DNA of 64,000 nt from a virus (IMGVR_UViG_3300037333_000013:32001-96000); one strand, 5' to 3'. Shown: positions 40,323 to 50,985, counted from the first letter of the stretch. Numbers and translations: made by a program. The notes: generated from the sequence alone by a model not told the origin.

Positions 40323-42089
40323 ATGAGTAATAGAGAATTTAAATTTGCATTTCATATACCAGAGATTATCGGAGAAAACGGTGGTGTGGTTCGTGAAGAT
40401 GCACATGTCGTAAAGTATATAGAACACGGCGAGAACATGGAAAGAAACCCAAAACTCGTTCTAGTAAAGAATTATAAAAGACCGTTCTGGATAACAAAGC
40501 CGTTTTACAGAAATCATAAACAGAGAAAAGAAGCAGAAGATAAGGATAAGTTAGATGTTTACTATACAACAGAGTCACGCATTGGTAACTCTATATGTAA
40601 GGCTTTAAAGAAACCTAAGTTTGGAAAGGTATCACGTTACGATGTGAGAAAGATGCCAGAAAGTGTTTATGTATATGGAAGTGATATTACGTCTGTTGCT
40701 ATGATACATCACGAGTTTAAAGAGAAGTGTGATATCGTTACGCCATACAGAGTTGGTATTTTAGATATTGAAAACAGTGTTGATGGTGAGGATAGAATTA
40801 ATCTCATCTCATATGTACACCACAAAGGTGATAGATTACAAGTCTACTTATATGGTAATAAGAAAGAGCTTCCTGTCGTATATAACTATGAACGAAAAGT
40901 TGAAGAGATACTAAAGAGTGGACTACCTGATGAGCTTCCAGACGGAATAGATTTTGATAAGATTGACTTACACATCGAAGTATGGGACGATGAAATCACA
41001 TTGATTAAACGTATGATGGACATTGTTCATCGTTCTGATATTGATATCTTAAGTGGGTGGAACTTCTTACACGATGTGAGTATCATCGCTAAACGTTCAG
41101 AACACTTTGGTGTTAGAGCAGAAGATATTTTCTCAGATGAGTCCATACCAACAGAATACAGACACTTTAAGATTAATGTGGGTAGTGATAAATTTGTCTC
41201 TCAAGATGGAAGTACGACGAGTGTCCTGTATGAAGAGAGGTGGCATACATTTGAAGCGACAGCGTCATTTATTATGGTAGATGCTATGGCTCTCTACTTT
41301 TTTATTCGTTCTCAAGATGAGAAGATATATGGCGGTCCAGGATTAGACAATGTGTTGAAGAAATCTATTGGTATAGGGAAGTTAAAGGTAGACTCTATTG
41401 AGAACGTCGCATCTTCTGTTTGGCACGAAAGGATGAGAAAAGAAAAACCGGTAGAGTATGGTGCTTATGCGATATGGGACTCTGTCGGGTTAATGGCTAA
41501 GAATATGAAAGACCACGACTTGGACTTTACTTTACCCCTATTGAGTGGCATCTCTCCATTCTCAAGCTTTAATAGTAACCCATCTAAAATATTCGACGAC
41601 TTCTTCTTATTCTACTTAAGGGATAATAAGATTATTGCATCGTTTGGAAATGCTGGTGAGTTTGAGTCTCTTGGTAGGAGACATTGGACTGTCACGTTGA
41701 ACTTATGGAAAGTAGACAGTGCGTTTAGTACACCGATACTAAGTGACTCTTTAAATAGAGATGCTTCGTATAGTGGAGATGACGAGATAGCATTCTTGAG
41801 AAGTATTGGATATCAGTTTGAGGATAGAATTTTTGATACGAGATACTTTGTATTAAACTTTGACTTAGATGTAACATCAGCATATCCTACTGCTATTCTT
41901 GTTCTGAATATCTCTACAGACACTGTTGTAAGAGAGGTTATTGAAGTTTATGGTATAGAGAAAGAGACAATGAAGATATTAAACTTAGAGTTGATGAGTG
42001 GGGTGATTGGACATATCCATTATGGATGTGAAATGCACGATTTGCCAGACACATTCGAGTTAGAAGAACTAATAAAAGGACAATTATGA
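40323..42089 (+). CDS. polB: Split family-B DNA polymerase, 3'-5' exonuclease/motif A subunit (phiKZ gp82-like)
   Basis: ExoI LDIE, ExoII GWNFLHD, ExoIII YAIWD, motif A DLDVTSAYP; ATG 40323 has an AAGGA SD. Confidence 0.88.
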   Translation: MSNREFKFAFHIPEIIGENGGVVREDAHVVKYIEHGENMERNPKLVLVKNYKRPFWITKPFYRNHKQRKEAEDKDKLDVYYTTESRIGNSICKALKKPKFGKVSRYDVRKMPESVYVYGSDITSVAMIHHEFKEKCDIVTPYRVGILDIENSVDGEDRINLISYVHHKGDRLQVYLYGNKKELPVVYNYERKVEEILKSGLPDELPDGIDFDKIDLHIEVWDDEITLIKRMMDIVHRSDIDILSGWNFLHDVSIIAKRSEHFGVRAEDIFSDESIPTEYRHFKINVGSDKFVSQDGSTTSVLYEERWHTFEATASFIMVDAMALYFFIRSQDEKIYGGPGLDNVLKKSIGIGKLKVDSIENVASSVWHERMRKEKPVEYGAYAIWDSVGLMAKNMKDHDLDFTLPLLSGISPFSSFNSNPSKIFDDFFLFYLRDNKIIASFGNAGEFESLGRRHWTVTLNLWKVDSAFSTPILSDSLNRDASYSGDDEIAFLRSIGYQFEDRIFDTRYFVLNFDLDVTSAYPTAILVLNISTDTVVREVIEVYGIEKETMKILNLELMSGVIGHIHYGCEMHDLPDTFELEELIKGQL

Positions 42090-42790
42090 CACCGTATGGA
42101 TTGATAGTATATGCAAGAAATAACAGCAGTTTAAACCCTATCGAAATATTAAAGAACACAAATATTTCACTTGTGACTGAAACAGATGATGATGAGACAG
42201 TTATGTCACTTGTAAACGATATCAATAACATAACACACAACGATACATATAATTTGTTAGAGTGGATTGAAACATTTAAAAGAAAGAAGAGGATTAAATT
42301 TTATCGCATTATTATAGAAGATTTCATATTCAGAGACTATAAGTCAACACTCATACTCAGTGCTATCATTAACTCTGATATACATAAGAGTCAAAAGCAT
42401 TATGTGCTACATAAGTTCACATCCTCAGAACATATTGATAGCCACGATAAATTGACCATTCTTCGCCGTGTCTTAGACGATGATAATGAAATCATAGATT
42501 TATATTTAGATGTGTATCCTGAAAATAATCGCTCGTTATTAGACTACATATCAAAAGAAGATAACTTTAAGAGGTGTATACTTATGAAGTTAGTGAAAGA
42601 GAATAATATAGAGACATATGATAACTTGTGTAAAGTCGATTATTTCAAAGATGTTGGATGCGATGGCATTAAGAATAAGAGATTCACTAGCCATTGTACT
42701 CTACTTGAAAAGATATCACGATTTACGTATGATGCTATAAACAGCGACAATAACGTTATGATACGCTATCTATTTAAAAAGAAAAAATAA
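42086..42790 (+). CDS. Hypothetical protein
   Basis: 234 aa, coupled to the polymerase subunit. Confidence 0.65.
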   Translation: MTPYGLIVYARNNSSLNPIEILKNTNISLVTETDDDETVMSLVNDINNITHNDTYNLLEWIETFKRKKRIKFYRIIIEDFIFRDYKSTLILSAIINSDIHKSQKHYVLHKFTSSEHIDSHDKLTILRRVLDDDNEIIDLYLDVYPENNRSLLDYISKEDNFKRCILMKLVKENNIETYDNLCKVDYFKDVGCDGIKNKRFTSHCTLLEKISRFTYDAINSDNNVMIRYLFKKKK

Positions 42791-42792
42791 AG

Positions 42793-42826
42793 TAGTCAAT
42801 AGTGAGCTGTGGCTCACTATTGACTA
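42793..42826. terminator. Hairpin between convergent genes
   Basis: 15-bp perfect stem TAGTCAATAGTGAGC/GCTCACTATTGACTA. Confidence 0.8.
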
Positions 42827-43114
42827 ATTATTCAACCAATCCCAATCCTCCTTATCTATGTCTCTAAATCTTCCCTTTGCTTCCTCCAGTTCCATAATTT
42901 TCTCTTCGTATAGGATACGAAGTTTTGTCTCTAATATCCCCCTATTTATTCTCTCGCATCTCTCGATGCTTTGAAATAATTTGTTTATTTCTTCTTCTGT
43001 TGTTTCTATACAACTCCAGTTACCACAGTTTGTGTTTATTTCTTTTAATGATTTTTCAATTTCATTATATCTAACTTCTAATATCTCCACTACGTCTGTT
43101 ACTAACTTTTTCAT
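42824..43114 (-). CDS. Early hypothetical coiled-coil protein
   Basis: 96 aa, AAGGAG SD, behind a promoter and class A leader. Confidence 0.7.
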   Translation of the reverse strand: MKKLVTDVVEILEVRYNEIEKSLKEINTNCGNWSCIETTEEEINKLFQSIERCERINRGILETKLRILYEEKIMELEEAKGRFRDIDKEDWDWLNN

Positions 43115-43177
43115 AATTTCTCCTTTATTATTAAGTGGGTTATGAAGCCCATAATGTTAGCTTCTACGAAGCACAGC

Positions 43178-43259
43178 AATTCAATTACACCATAATAATA
43201 TATAGGTAAAAAAAAGGCATACACAATGTCATATGACATTGTGTATTCTTTCACTTCTT
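43178..43259. repeat. Stop-terminator-early promoter cassette, copy 2
   Basis: Near-identical to 28343-28426. Confidence 0.9.
43194..43202 (-). promoter_or_regulatory. Early promoter TATATTATT
   Basis: Exact motif inside the repeated cassette. Confidence 0.75.
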
Positions 43260-44240
43260 TCTATTTACCATTACTCCACTAGCAATTAACTCAAACCCAT
43301 ATCTTTCATAATAAGGTATCAAATCATCTTTCCAAGCATTCAATACTATATCCATATCTTTTATAAAAGCAATATCAATAATGTGGTGGAGTATCTTTGC
43401 TCCATTATTGTCTCCAACAGACATAAAGTCTGACAAGAAGATATAATCTCCATCAGCTTTATATTCATTAAAGTCTTCATTTTCAATCTTATACCTACAA
43501 GCACTTTTTAACTTATTGTCAACATCGAATAGACCCATTGTTATAGAGCCTTTGTTTTGAAAGATAAAATCATTAGTCGTATACTTTACTTTAAACACCT
43601 TTTGGTAGAGCCTGCAATATTGGTCTACTTCTTTATCTTTAGGAAATACTCTTCTTATCTCATACTTCTCTTTAATATTAATTAAGTTTACAAATTCCCA
43701 TTGATTTGGTAATGTTGAGTGTACTTGTACGTGTGGTATGTATGTCGCATACTGAGATTTAGAACCCTCTTTAATATTGATATCCACGTACTTGTCTATA
43801 TCCATATAGTCTGATAAGTTAGGGTGCCTCATCAACTCATCATATGTCATAGGTACTCCAGCACACTTACACTGTTTCATATGCTCTTTGAGTGCTTTTT
43901 TGTACTTTGCTTTCGCCTTTAAGAACTCTTCTCTGGTCTTTGCATCTTTAGTATATTTAACCCAGTTATCTTTCTCAAATTGACGTTCTTCCTTTGTTGA
44001 ATATAGTGTAAAGTTATGCATGTTTGAAACGTCTTTTACTCCATATTCAAAGAGTATCTCAGCATTGTAGTTTGTAAATCCTGCACGTTGTAACTTTAAT
44101 ATGTTTCTTAATCCTAACCTATTTAAGAAGAACGAGATATACTCATTGTTCTCTGGATATAATCTACAATTATCACTCTTCTTCTCTTGTGTTGCACAAG
44201 ACCTAATATCTTTATATAGCTCGCTACTGTAATGTAACAT
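43251..44240 (-). CDS. Protein with C-terminal GNAT acetyltransferase domain
   Basis: C-terminal IFLSDF...G.KIL...IVLNA....LIPYYERYGF; N-terminal domain unknown. Confidence 0.65.
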   Translation of the reverse strand: MLHYSSELYKDIRSCATQEKKSDNCRLYPENNEYISFFLNRLGLRNILKLQRAGFTNYNAEILFEYGVKDVSNMHNFTLYSTKEERQFEKDNWVKYTKDAKTREEFLKAKAKYKKALKEHMKQCKCAGVPMTYDELMRHPNLSDYMDIDKYVDINIKEGSKSQYATYIPHVQVHSTLPNQWEFVNLINIKEKYEIRRVFPKDKEVDQYCRLYQKVFKVKYTTNDFIFQNKGSITMGLFDVDNKLKSACRYKIENEDFNEYKADGDYIFLSDFMSVGDNNGAKILHHIIDIAFIKDMDIVLNAWKDDLIPYYERYGFELIASGVMVNRKK

Positions 44241-44263
44241 AATTTCCCCTTTTTTTCTTGTTT

Positions 44264-45463
44264 TTATTTTCTTTTAAAGTCAACAATCGCTAGTACGTAG
44301 ATGTATATTGCAAGAATAATCGCCGTAGATGTGAGTATCCAACTCGTCTTTATTCCTGTTGCTTCCTTTACGAATGCTATCAGTTTCACTTTCGTCTCAT
44401 TCATCTTCTTATCTTTTAAAGAGCTACTACTCCAGTAGTTCTTTAAGAATTTAATCACAGCCACCATTCTATCTGAATATGGTGGGTATAGTTTTCCTAT
44501 GTATAAGTAGTAAATACATACCTCTACTATATCTTCTAATAGGTTCATGATAGATGGGTCTGTTAACGACTTCTCGTGTATTAATATAGCTGTATCCTTT
44601 ACTGCACTGATTTTCACCTTTGAAAATAAATCACCAATGAGTCCAAACAACTTCTCATTGATGAATTCGTGTCGGATAAATACTTTCTGCTTGACTGCAT
44701 TAATATAAAAACTATGGATATCTTCTACATCTACAATTCGTGCTTCGTCATCTTCACCTTTCCCTAATACGGAAGATGTCTGTCGTGTCTCTTCTTCTTC
44801 TTTTACTTTCACAAGTAAACTATACTGTTCTAATACGGAACTCTTTACTGTCGTGTGTAAGTTAGATATGTAATATGTAAATTTCTCTACTTTATTACTC
44901 TCTAATAGTTTATGTTTCTCCTTATCATCAAAGCGTACCTTTGCGAAATACTCAAGTACTTTGTAGTTACTCCCAAGTCTCTTAATGATAAACTTTTTAG
45001 ACATCTTCTCATATACGAGTGTAGCTAAGTTTTCGTCTACTTGGAAAGAGAAGTACTGTGAATACATCGATGTAATCATCTTAAACTCTACAATAATACC
45101 GGTATCTACAAATGCATCTTCTTTCATTTTCTGAGAAAGTGTACTCATTAATATCATTCTTTGTAGGACAGAGCAAGAGAAGTTGAATGGGTCTACCACA
45201 ACATTCCAACTCGCCTTTACACTATCTAACGTGAGAATATCTTTCTTTAGTTCTGACGCATCCACATCTATTAACATAAAGAAGTTCTCTTTATCCTCGT
45301 CTGTAAACCGTATTGCATGCACACCAAAGTAGAATGATGAGAAGTATCCCATATTATCTTCATTCTTACTCATCAGTGCGAGTTTAAATCTCCCTAACTT
45401 CTTCACTAATTCTGGAGTAATCTTTACACTGAAGTGTTTTGTTATCAAGTCTTTTAATTTCAT
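44264..45463 (-). CDS. Conserved phiKZ-like virion structural protein
   Basis: F.GVH.IRFT.ED, V..DPFN and Y..MSKKF.IK.LGS motifs. Confidence 0.6.
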   Translation of the reverse strand: MKLKDLITKHFSVKITPELVKKLGRFKLALMSKNEDNMGYFSSFYFGVHAIRFTDEDKENFFMLIDVDASELKKDILTLDSVKASWNVVVDPFNFSCSVLQRMILMSTLSQKMKEDAFVDTGIIVEFKMITSMYSQYFSFQVDENLATLVYEKMSKKFIIKRLGSNYKVLEYFAKVRFDDKEKHKLLESNKVEKFTYYISNLHTTVKSSVLEQYSLLVKVKEEEETRQTSSVLGKGEDDEARIVDVEDIHSFYINAVKQKVFIRHEFINEKLFGLIGDLFSKVKISAVKDTAILIHEKSLTDPSIMNLLEDIVEVCIYYLYIGKLYPPYSDRMVAVIKFLKNYWSSSSLKDKKMNETKVKLIAFVKEATGIKTSWILTSTAIILAIYIYVLAIVDFKRK

Positions 45464-45489
45464 AGTATCTCCTATCGTTCAAAGAAGTC

Positions 45490-45517
45490 ATCATAGTACC
45501 CATACGGGTACTATGAT
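45490..45517 (-). terminator. Terminator hairpin
   Basis: 12-bp perfect stem. Confidence 0.7.
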
Positions 45518-45518
45518 A

Positions 45519-46145
45519 CTAGAGTGTTCTTGGTTGTTTCAGATGCACAGTCTTGAGTGCTTCTCCTAGTGGTGCAAACTTACCATTGAATTGTCTTCTA
45601 ATCCCTGCGGTAGTCATTGGTAGGCCCTTTTGTTTTGCGATAACAATCGCAATAAGTCCAGTGAACGCATTGAGTGAGCTATTGTCGTGTGTCCAATGTG
45701 GTGCACACGCACCTGTTTTGTTCAAATCAATCACGCTATGTGTTAATAGATTAACAATACGTGTTGCTTCTTTCTCTTTGTTTTTGTTTTTTGTTAGTAC
45801 AGTGTTGAGTGTAAATACTAAGTTATATGCTTCGAGTGCACCTTGTTTAGACGCCATAGAGTTACCAATATGGAACTTTAGAAATCTATCGATAGCTTTC
45901 TCGATATTATCTTTCTTCTTTTTCACATCTTTAACTTCTTCATCTGGAGTCTCTTTAGGAACTGGTTCTGCATTAGGTTTATCTTTATGATGGACCTTTG
46001 CATCTTCACTTTTTGTTGGTTCGATAATAGACTCATCAACATTCGGTATTTCTTCTAATGGATTATCTTCTTGTGTTTCAAGTGTATCACTCTCAACCAC
46101 TTTTGTTTCATCTTTTCTACTTAAGATTGCTCTTTTTTTTGCCAT
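45519..46145 (-). CDS. Hypothetical protein with disordered N-terminus
   Basis: 208 aa ORF in the operon. Confidence 0.65.
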   Translation of the reverse strand: MAKKRAILSRKDETKVVESDTLETQEDNPLEEIPNVDESIIEPTKSEDAKVHHKDKPNAEPVPKETPDEEVKDVKKKKDNIEKAIDRFLKFHIGNSMASKQGALEAYNLVFTLNTVLTKNKNKEKEATRIVNLLTHSVIDLNKTGACAPHWTHDNSSLNAFTGLIAIVIAKQKGLPMTTAGIRRQFNGKFAPLGEALKTVHLKQPRTL

Positions 46146-46148
46146 TTT

Positions 46149-46898
46149 CTAATCCTTTGCTTCTTGTTTAATATCTTCTAACAATGTGTTGACGTCTTCT
46201 TCATTCCCTAGGTTATAAACCGGAATGTCTAGACGTCTACAATCTTTAATCACCCGAGGAACTTCAAATCCTAGTTCATCATAGTTTGTATCACGTGTTA
46301 TCTTATTCGTCCCACACTTCGACCAAACAATCATAAACTCTACAGGCTCATTTAATTTCTCACCAAGATATAGGTGCATATTCGTGGCTTTAAAAGCTTT
46401 GAAATTATAGCTGTACCCATTAAATTTATCGATAGCTTCCATTGGTTTACCATCCTTGTCTTTGGCATACTCTCCGATAATCTTACAATATAACCAAGCC
46501 GCTGCTGAGAACGCTGCATCTGTTGGTTTAGTGTGTTCTGTTGAGACTGACTTATTTACGGCTCTAAACGGCAAGAAGATTTCTTTAAATGCATAAATTG
46601 GAAAGATGACTTGTTCTAACGGATTACGGTTACTTGCACTTGCTCTAAGCACATACTGCTTCATACCGAGTGTCATCGCTATGTCGGTGATAAGCTTCTT
46701 GACGTCTTCCGGAATATCCTTACCATTATCACTTACCACACCGAAACGTTTTGTACCACGTTTCAACCCATCAACATCAATATCTTTTGCAAGATATACT
46801 TTATCTTCTTGTCCGTATGTATTGGTCTTTTTGACCGGTTGTTCTTTATCTTCTAACTTCTGTGCTGATGCTTGTTCAATTGTATCAAATATAGACAT
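46149..46898 (-). CDS. DprA/Smf (SLOG)-like phage protein, divergent
   Basis: LR, EIFLPF, LG..LNEPVEFMIVWS and IPVYNL motifs; the glycine-rich SG..GAD and GGTG motifs are lost. Confidence 0.55.
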   Translation of the reverse strand: MSIFDTIEQASAQKLEDKEQPVKKTNTYGQEDKVYLAKDIDVDGLKRGTKRFGVVSDNGKDIPEDVKKLITDIAMTLGMKQYVLRASASNRNPLEQVIFPIYAFKEIFLPFRAVNKSVSTEHTKPTDAAFSAAAWLYCKIIGEYAKDKDGKPMEAIDKFNGYSYNFKAFKATNMHLYLGEKLNEPVEFMIVWSKCGTNKITRDTNYDELGFEVPRVIKDCRRLDIPVYNLGNEEDVNTLLEDIKQEAKD

Positions 46899-46933
46899 TT
46901 TGTACCTTTTGTTCTAATTTCATATAAGTGAAG

Positions 46934-48178
46934 CTAGTAGATTAAATCATCTATCCCAATATCTAAGAGTTTGTAGTTTGTCACGTGGAACTTTGATAAG
47001 TTGTGCTTTAGTGCCATACCACCTGTCTCAGACGCAAGTAATACAACCATATATTCTAACCTAGAGAGTTCGTCACCAGCACATGTAGAGCAGAACGTAG
47101 AGCCTTTACTCTTACAGTTGTGCATTACACGCATATCGACAAAACTGTTTATGAGTGACTTATAGTTGTCTTTTGTAATCTTTACCACTTTGTTATTGTG
47201 TACATAGTTCATTCCGATTAGTTTACTAGCAAACTTCTTGGTTACTTCTATCTTACATGTCCGTCTTGTTCCACAATCACCTTTCACAACTTTATAAGGG
47301 AACATTGCTCTAAGAATAATCTTTGATAAATACCCAGAGTCTTTCGTTGAGATACCACGTTCATTCGAACCATTAATCAAGTTGTTGATAACGATAGCAA
47401 ACTCACGTTTATCTTTTGGTAAACCATCTCTCAATGACGTGACAATGATTCCTGTTCGTTCATCTGGGTCAATAGAGTCTAATACACCCACCGACACATA
47501 CTTCTTTCTGATAGATGAACCAATAATCTTATTGTCAGTTGTAATCATATAGGTAGGGTCATCTTTCAAATAGTCGTGATACTTGTCCATCACTATCTTT
47601 TCATACTCTAGAAAGACGTGTTTATTCTTAATAGAACCTTTCCCATATTTACCCTCTAACTTTTTAATAGTTTCTTTCTTAAACTTATCTAACCACTTTG
47701 GCTTTGCACTGGTCTTCCGTGTACCACTAATGACAAAGATATCGGCCATCTCCCTTAAGTATGCACATACAACACCACACTTCTTGAAACGTTTTACACC
47801 AACAAGCTCTTTGTTCTGTAATATATAGGTTGACTCTATATCATCGTAGACAAACTCTTCATTAATGTATCCATCGAATAGTCCTTCTAAACCGAAGTCG
47901 AAGTATAAGTAGTTATTGATAGCAATACCAATTGTAGTATCAATCTTCTTTGTGACACCTGAAAATACCCCTGCATCTAACGTGACTTCTGTATACTGTG
48001 TTAGTAATGGTTTATCTTTCTTTCCTGGTAATGTATACTCTACACCATTATATGTTACAGTATATCCAGAGCCATTATACTTTATATACTCGTTCTCTGT
48101 CTTTGCAAACATACTCTTGAAGAACTTTAGTTTCTCAAAGGCACCTATCTGCAACATCTTATTTAAAAACTCATTCAC
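46934..48178 (-). CDS. rpoC: Virion RNA polymerase beta' subunit fragment (phiKZ gp80-like)
   Basis: RG.ST..SGY, DCGT, CKS....FCSTCAG and C-terminal KFH. Confidence 0.85.
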   Translation of the reverse strand: MNEFLNKMLQIGAFEKLKFFKSMFAKTENEYIKYNGSGYTVTYNGVEYTLPGKKDKPLLTQYTEVTLDAGVFSGVTKKIDTTIGIAINNYLYFDFGLEGLFDGYINEEFVYDDIESTYILQNKELVGVKRFKKCGVVCAYLREMADIFVISGTRKTSAKPKWLDKFKKETIKKLEGKYGKGSIKNKHVFLEYEKIVMDKYHDYLKDDPTYMITTDNKIIGSSIRKKYVSVGVLDSIDPDERTGIIVTSLRDGLPKDKREFAIVINNLINGSNERGISTKDSGYLSKIILRAMFPYKVVKGDCGTRRTCKIEVTKKFASKLIGMNYVHNNKVVKITKDNYKSLINSFVDMRVMHNCKSKGSTFCSTCAGDELSRLEYMVVLLASETGGMALKHNLSKFHVTNYKLLDIGIDDLIY

Positions 48179-48959
48179 TCTTTATCCTTTCGATTTCAGA
48201 CGGTAATATCGGAATCAACCTATTATATATATCATCTGGTGTCTTTCTAGATAACTCTTGAATGTAGCTATCATATGATGTCTCTTCTAAGAATAGATAA
48301 ACAATCGCTAGTTTTGATAGTGTCACTTGTATGTCTTCATCGTTAAATCTGATGTAGTTGACCTTATCAAAGTCATCTTTATTAATGTCTGATACGTTCT
48401 CTAGAAATACGTCTAGTGTTTCAAAGTCACAGTGTTTTACAATACGCTTCTTTATCTTCGCATATTCGATAACTCTCGATAGGTCATTGTGGTCTAACTC
48501 ATCTGTCTTTATAATAGAACGTAATAAGTCTATGGTATGCTTAGTAGCTGTGATTCCATTTAAATCAAATAGTGATACGTCTGTTTTTAGGAAGTCTGTT
48601 ACCAAATACTCAAATGATTCTGAAACAAATGTGATGCTGTCGCTGTTCTCTAGTAGTTCCTCACCAAGAGATACATCAATATCGGATAAGACAAACATAG
48701 CTTCTAAAATATCTATCTTTGTACGCATTGTATTGTCTACTTTAATATCATAATATGACAGCAGTATATCCAAGTGCCTACTATAAATATCTAATACTTC
48801 TGTGTTAATAGATGTCCCACCATACACGTCTTCTAACAGTGTTTCAAACTCTTCTAGATGGTCTTCATACTCATACTCTAGAAACAGTGATTCGATATTA
48901 TCGAATAGCGGGTAGGATAACTCATTAATTAAGTTTAATCGCAATAACTCGTCTAACAT
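48171..48959 (-). CDS. Acidic conserved hypothetical protein (gp79-like position)
   Basis: 262 aa, coupled upstream of the gp80-like gene. Confidence 0.6.
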   Translation of the reverse strand: MLDELLRLNLINELSYPLFDNIESLFLEYEYEDHLEEFETLLEDVYGGTSINTEVLDIYSRHLDILLSYYDIKVDNTMRTKIDILEAMFVLSDIDVSLGEELLENSDSITFVSESFEYLVTDFLKTDVSLFDLNGITATKHTIDLLRSIIKTDELDHNDLSRVIEYAKIKKRIVKHCDFETLDVFLENVSDINKDDFDKVNYIRFNDEDIQVTLSKLAIVYLFLEETSYDSYIQELSRKTPDDIYNRLIPILPSEIERIKSE

Positions 48960-49028
48960 TATATACTCCTTTTCATTAGAAAAAATATCTCTATTTCATT
49001 ACTGTGAAATAAACACAAAAGGAATACT

Positions 49029-49526
49029 ATGGGTATTAATAGAAAGTTAAATAGAAAATCAGACATCGTCACAAAGAAGAATGATAAGAAAATCATTAAG
49101 AAGATTGCTAAGGAAGATATCGAAGAGGGCTTTGACTTTAAGCAGGGTGTAGTGGATACTATAGTTGCATCACAAGGTGTTATCGCAAAATCAAACCAGG
49201 TTCAAAGTTTTGTTGGAAACATTGTTAAGGCTGTGTCGGAACAGATGACTACTGAGAAGAATGACGAGGTAATGAGAATCTTATCAGAAAAGGTAGATAC
49301 ATTAAAAGCAATCAAAACAAAGCTATTGAGAGAAACCGGAACATTAGATGTTACGACACAGATGCTCTCTGAGCATAAGAACATCATTGATAACAATGAT
49401 GATACCACACTCGTTGAGCCACTAGAGTTATACTTTACAATGCAAGAATCTATGATTATTGTTAGTGATTTGATAGATGACGTGAACATCACTATATCGA
49501 AAGATATAGATAGCGAGGTAGCATAA
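49029..49526 (+). CDS. Hypothetical protein
   Basis: 165 aa, AAGGA SD. Confidence 0.65.
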   Translation: MGINRKLNRKSDIVTKKNDKKIIKKIAKEDIEEGFDFKQGVVDTIVASQGVIAKSNQVQSFVGNIVKAVSEQMTTEKNDEVMRILSEKVDTLKAIKTKLLRETGTLDVTTQMLSEHKNIIDNNDDTTLVEPLELYFTMQESMIIVSDLIDDVNITISKDIDSEVA

Positions 49527-50941
49527 TGAATGAGCTTAAAAATAAGAAAGATGTAAAACCGCACCTTGAGAGTGTATACGGTAAGTTCTTCTTGCCATCT
49601 ACAACCATTGAAGAGTTTGAAAAGAGAACAGTAGAGATTGAGAATATCCCAAAAAAATATGTTGTCGCAAAACGTACAGATGATGGTCGTGTCGTTAGGA
49701 GGAAAGCCTCATGGGTTGAGAAGCGTGTCGATGATGTAGACTCTACTGAACTCTTCTGTTTTGGGTTGGAGTCTAAATACCGTGGAATGGTTTCGTCCAC
49801 ACAACACGATGGAGAGTGTGGCGGTGAGTTCAAATTAAGGAATAAGAACATCCGTGGTAAGACAGGAAAAGTACTAAAGGGTGCAGATGCAGTATTGGCT
49901 GTTAGACAATCTTTAAATCTAGACAGAGAAATGTTGATACCACTCCCTCATTCACATTTCAGTATTGAACTTAGTTCTTTCTCGCCTGCCGAAAAGATTA
50001 AGCTCAGCGAGATGATTACAGAATCGTTAACCGATTATTGTAGCCAGACGCTTGGACTTATCTTCTCTCATGACAGTGTTGTTTACTACAAGGCTATCTT
50101 CCAATACTTACGCAAGAAGATTATTTCGCACACACTTATTATACCAGAAGATAAAGACATTTTAGACTACATTGATGTAAGAGATATTACTAGTATTTTA
50201 GCATACTTGTCTGCTGTGATGCACCCTAAAGGTGTAGATACCATTGTCACTTGTAGGAATAAGATGAAAGTAGACAACGAGAACGAAAAGTTACTGTGTA
50301 CAAATACTGTAACTGGTTTACTCGATGCTAAAAATATGTTGTACATTAAAGAGCAAAACATTCCAGAAAGTGGAAAGTCATTGTTACGGAAAACAAAGTC
50401 AAACTCTATCACTATTGAAGAGATGATGAAGAGTAGAGAAGAAGCACCATACCATAACAGTAAAGAGATGAAATATGGTGATAGTCTTATTATCACTGTT
50501 GAGAGTTCATCTATCAGTAAGTACCTAGAGTCTGGTGACTCTTATATTAATAGGCTCGTTGAACTCATTGATGATGCAGTGACGCTAATAGACGACCCAG
50601 ATGAGAGAAAACGTGAAGTAAACAAGTTCTTAGCTCTTCTTGTTGTGAATAGGTACAGTCACTTCATTAGCTCTGTTGAGATAGAGAATGTTGGTATCAT
50701 TACTGACCAAGAGACTATCTTTAAAACACTTGAAGACCTGCTGGAAGAATATGAGATGGGTGTGAATCTTGTTACTGACATATCTGATAGTGTCAACACT
50801 GATAAGCTCTCATATATTGGTGTATCTGCATTCACTTGTAAGGAATGTAAGAAGACAATGAAAGAGGACGATAAGATTGAATTCGATGGAACAATTGAGT
50901 TGAATGCATTAGAGGTTTTTTCAAATCTCCGTATTATCTAG
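49526..50941 (+). CDS. phiKZ gp77-like protein; putative tail/baseplate assembly chaperone with Cys motifs
   Basis: IPLPHS.F, HP.G.....C.N....C and C..C near the C-terminus; ends at a slippery T6. Confidence 0.6.
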   Translation: MNELKNKKDVKPHLESVYGKFFLPSTTIEEFEKRTVEIENIPKKYVVAKRTDDGRVVRRKASWVEKRVDDVDSTELFCFGLESKYRGMVSSTQHDGECGGEFKLRNKNIRGKTGKVLKGADAVLAVRQSLNLDREMLIPLPHSHFSIELSSFSPAEKIKLSEMITESLTDYCSQTLGLIFSHDSVVYYKAIFQYLRKKIISHTLIIPEDKDILDYIDVRDITSILAYLSAVMHPKGVDTIVTCRNKMKVDNENEKLLCTNTVTGLLDAKNMLYIKEQNIPESGKSLLRKTKSNSITIEEMMKSREEAPYHNSKEMKYGDSLIITVESSSISKYLESGDSYINRLVELIDDAVTLIDDPDERKREVNKFLALLVVNRYSHFISSVEIENVGIITDQETIFKTLEDLLEEYEMGVNLVTDISDSVNTDKLSYIGVSAFTCKECKKTMKEDDKIEFDGTIELNALEVFSNLRII

Positions 50942-50985
50942 TTCGTGACGGTGAGTTTAAAGCTCACCCCATTGTTAATACGGAG
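50914..50985 (+). other. Putative programmed -1 ribosomal frameshift signal
   Basis: G GTT TTT at 50914-50920; 6-nt spacer; stem CTCCGTATTA(50927-36)/TAATACGGAG(50976-85); the -1 frame is open to 51459. Confidence 0.65.
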
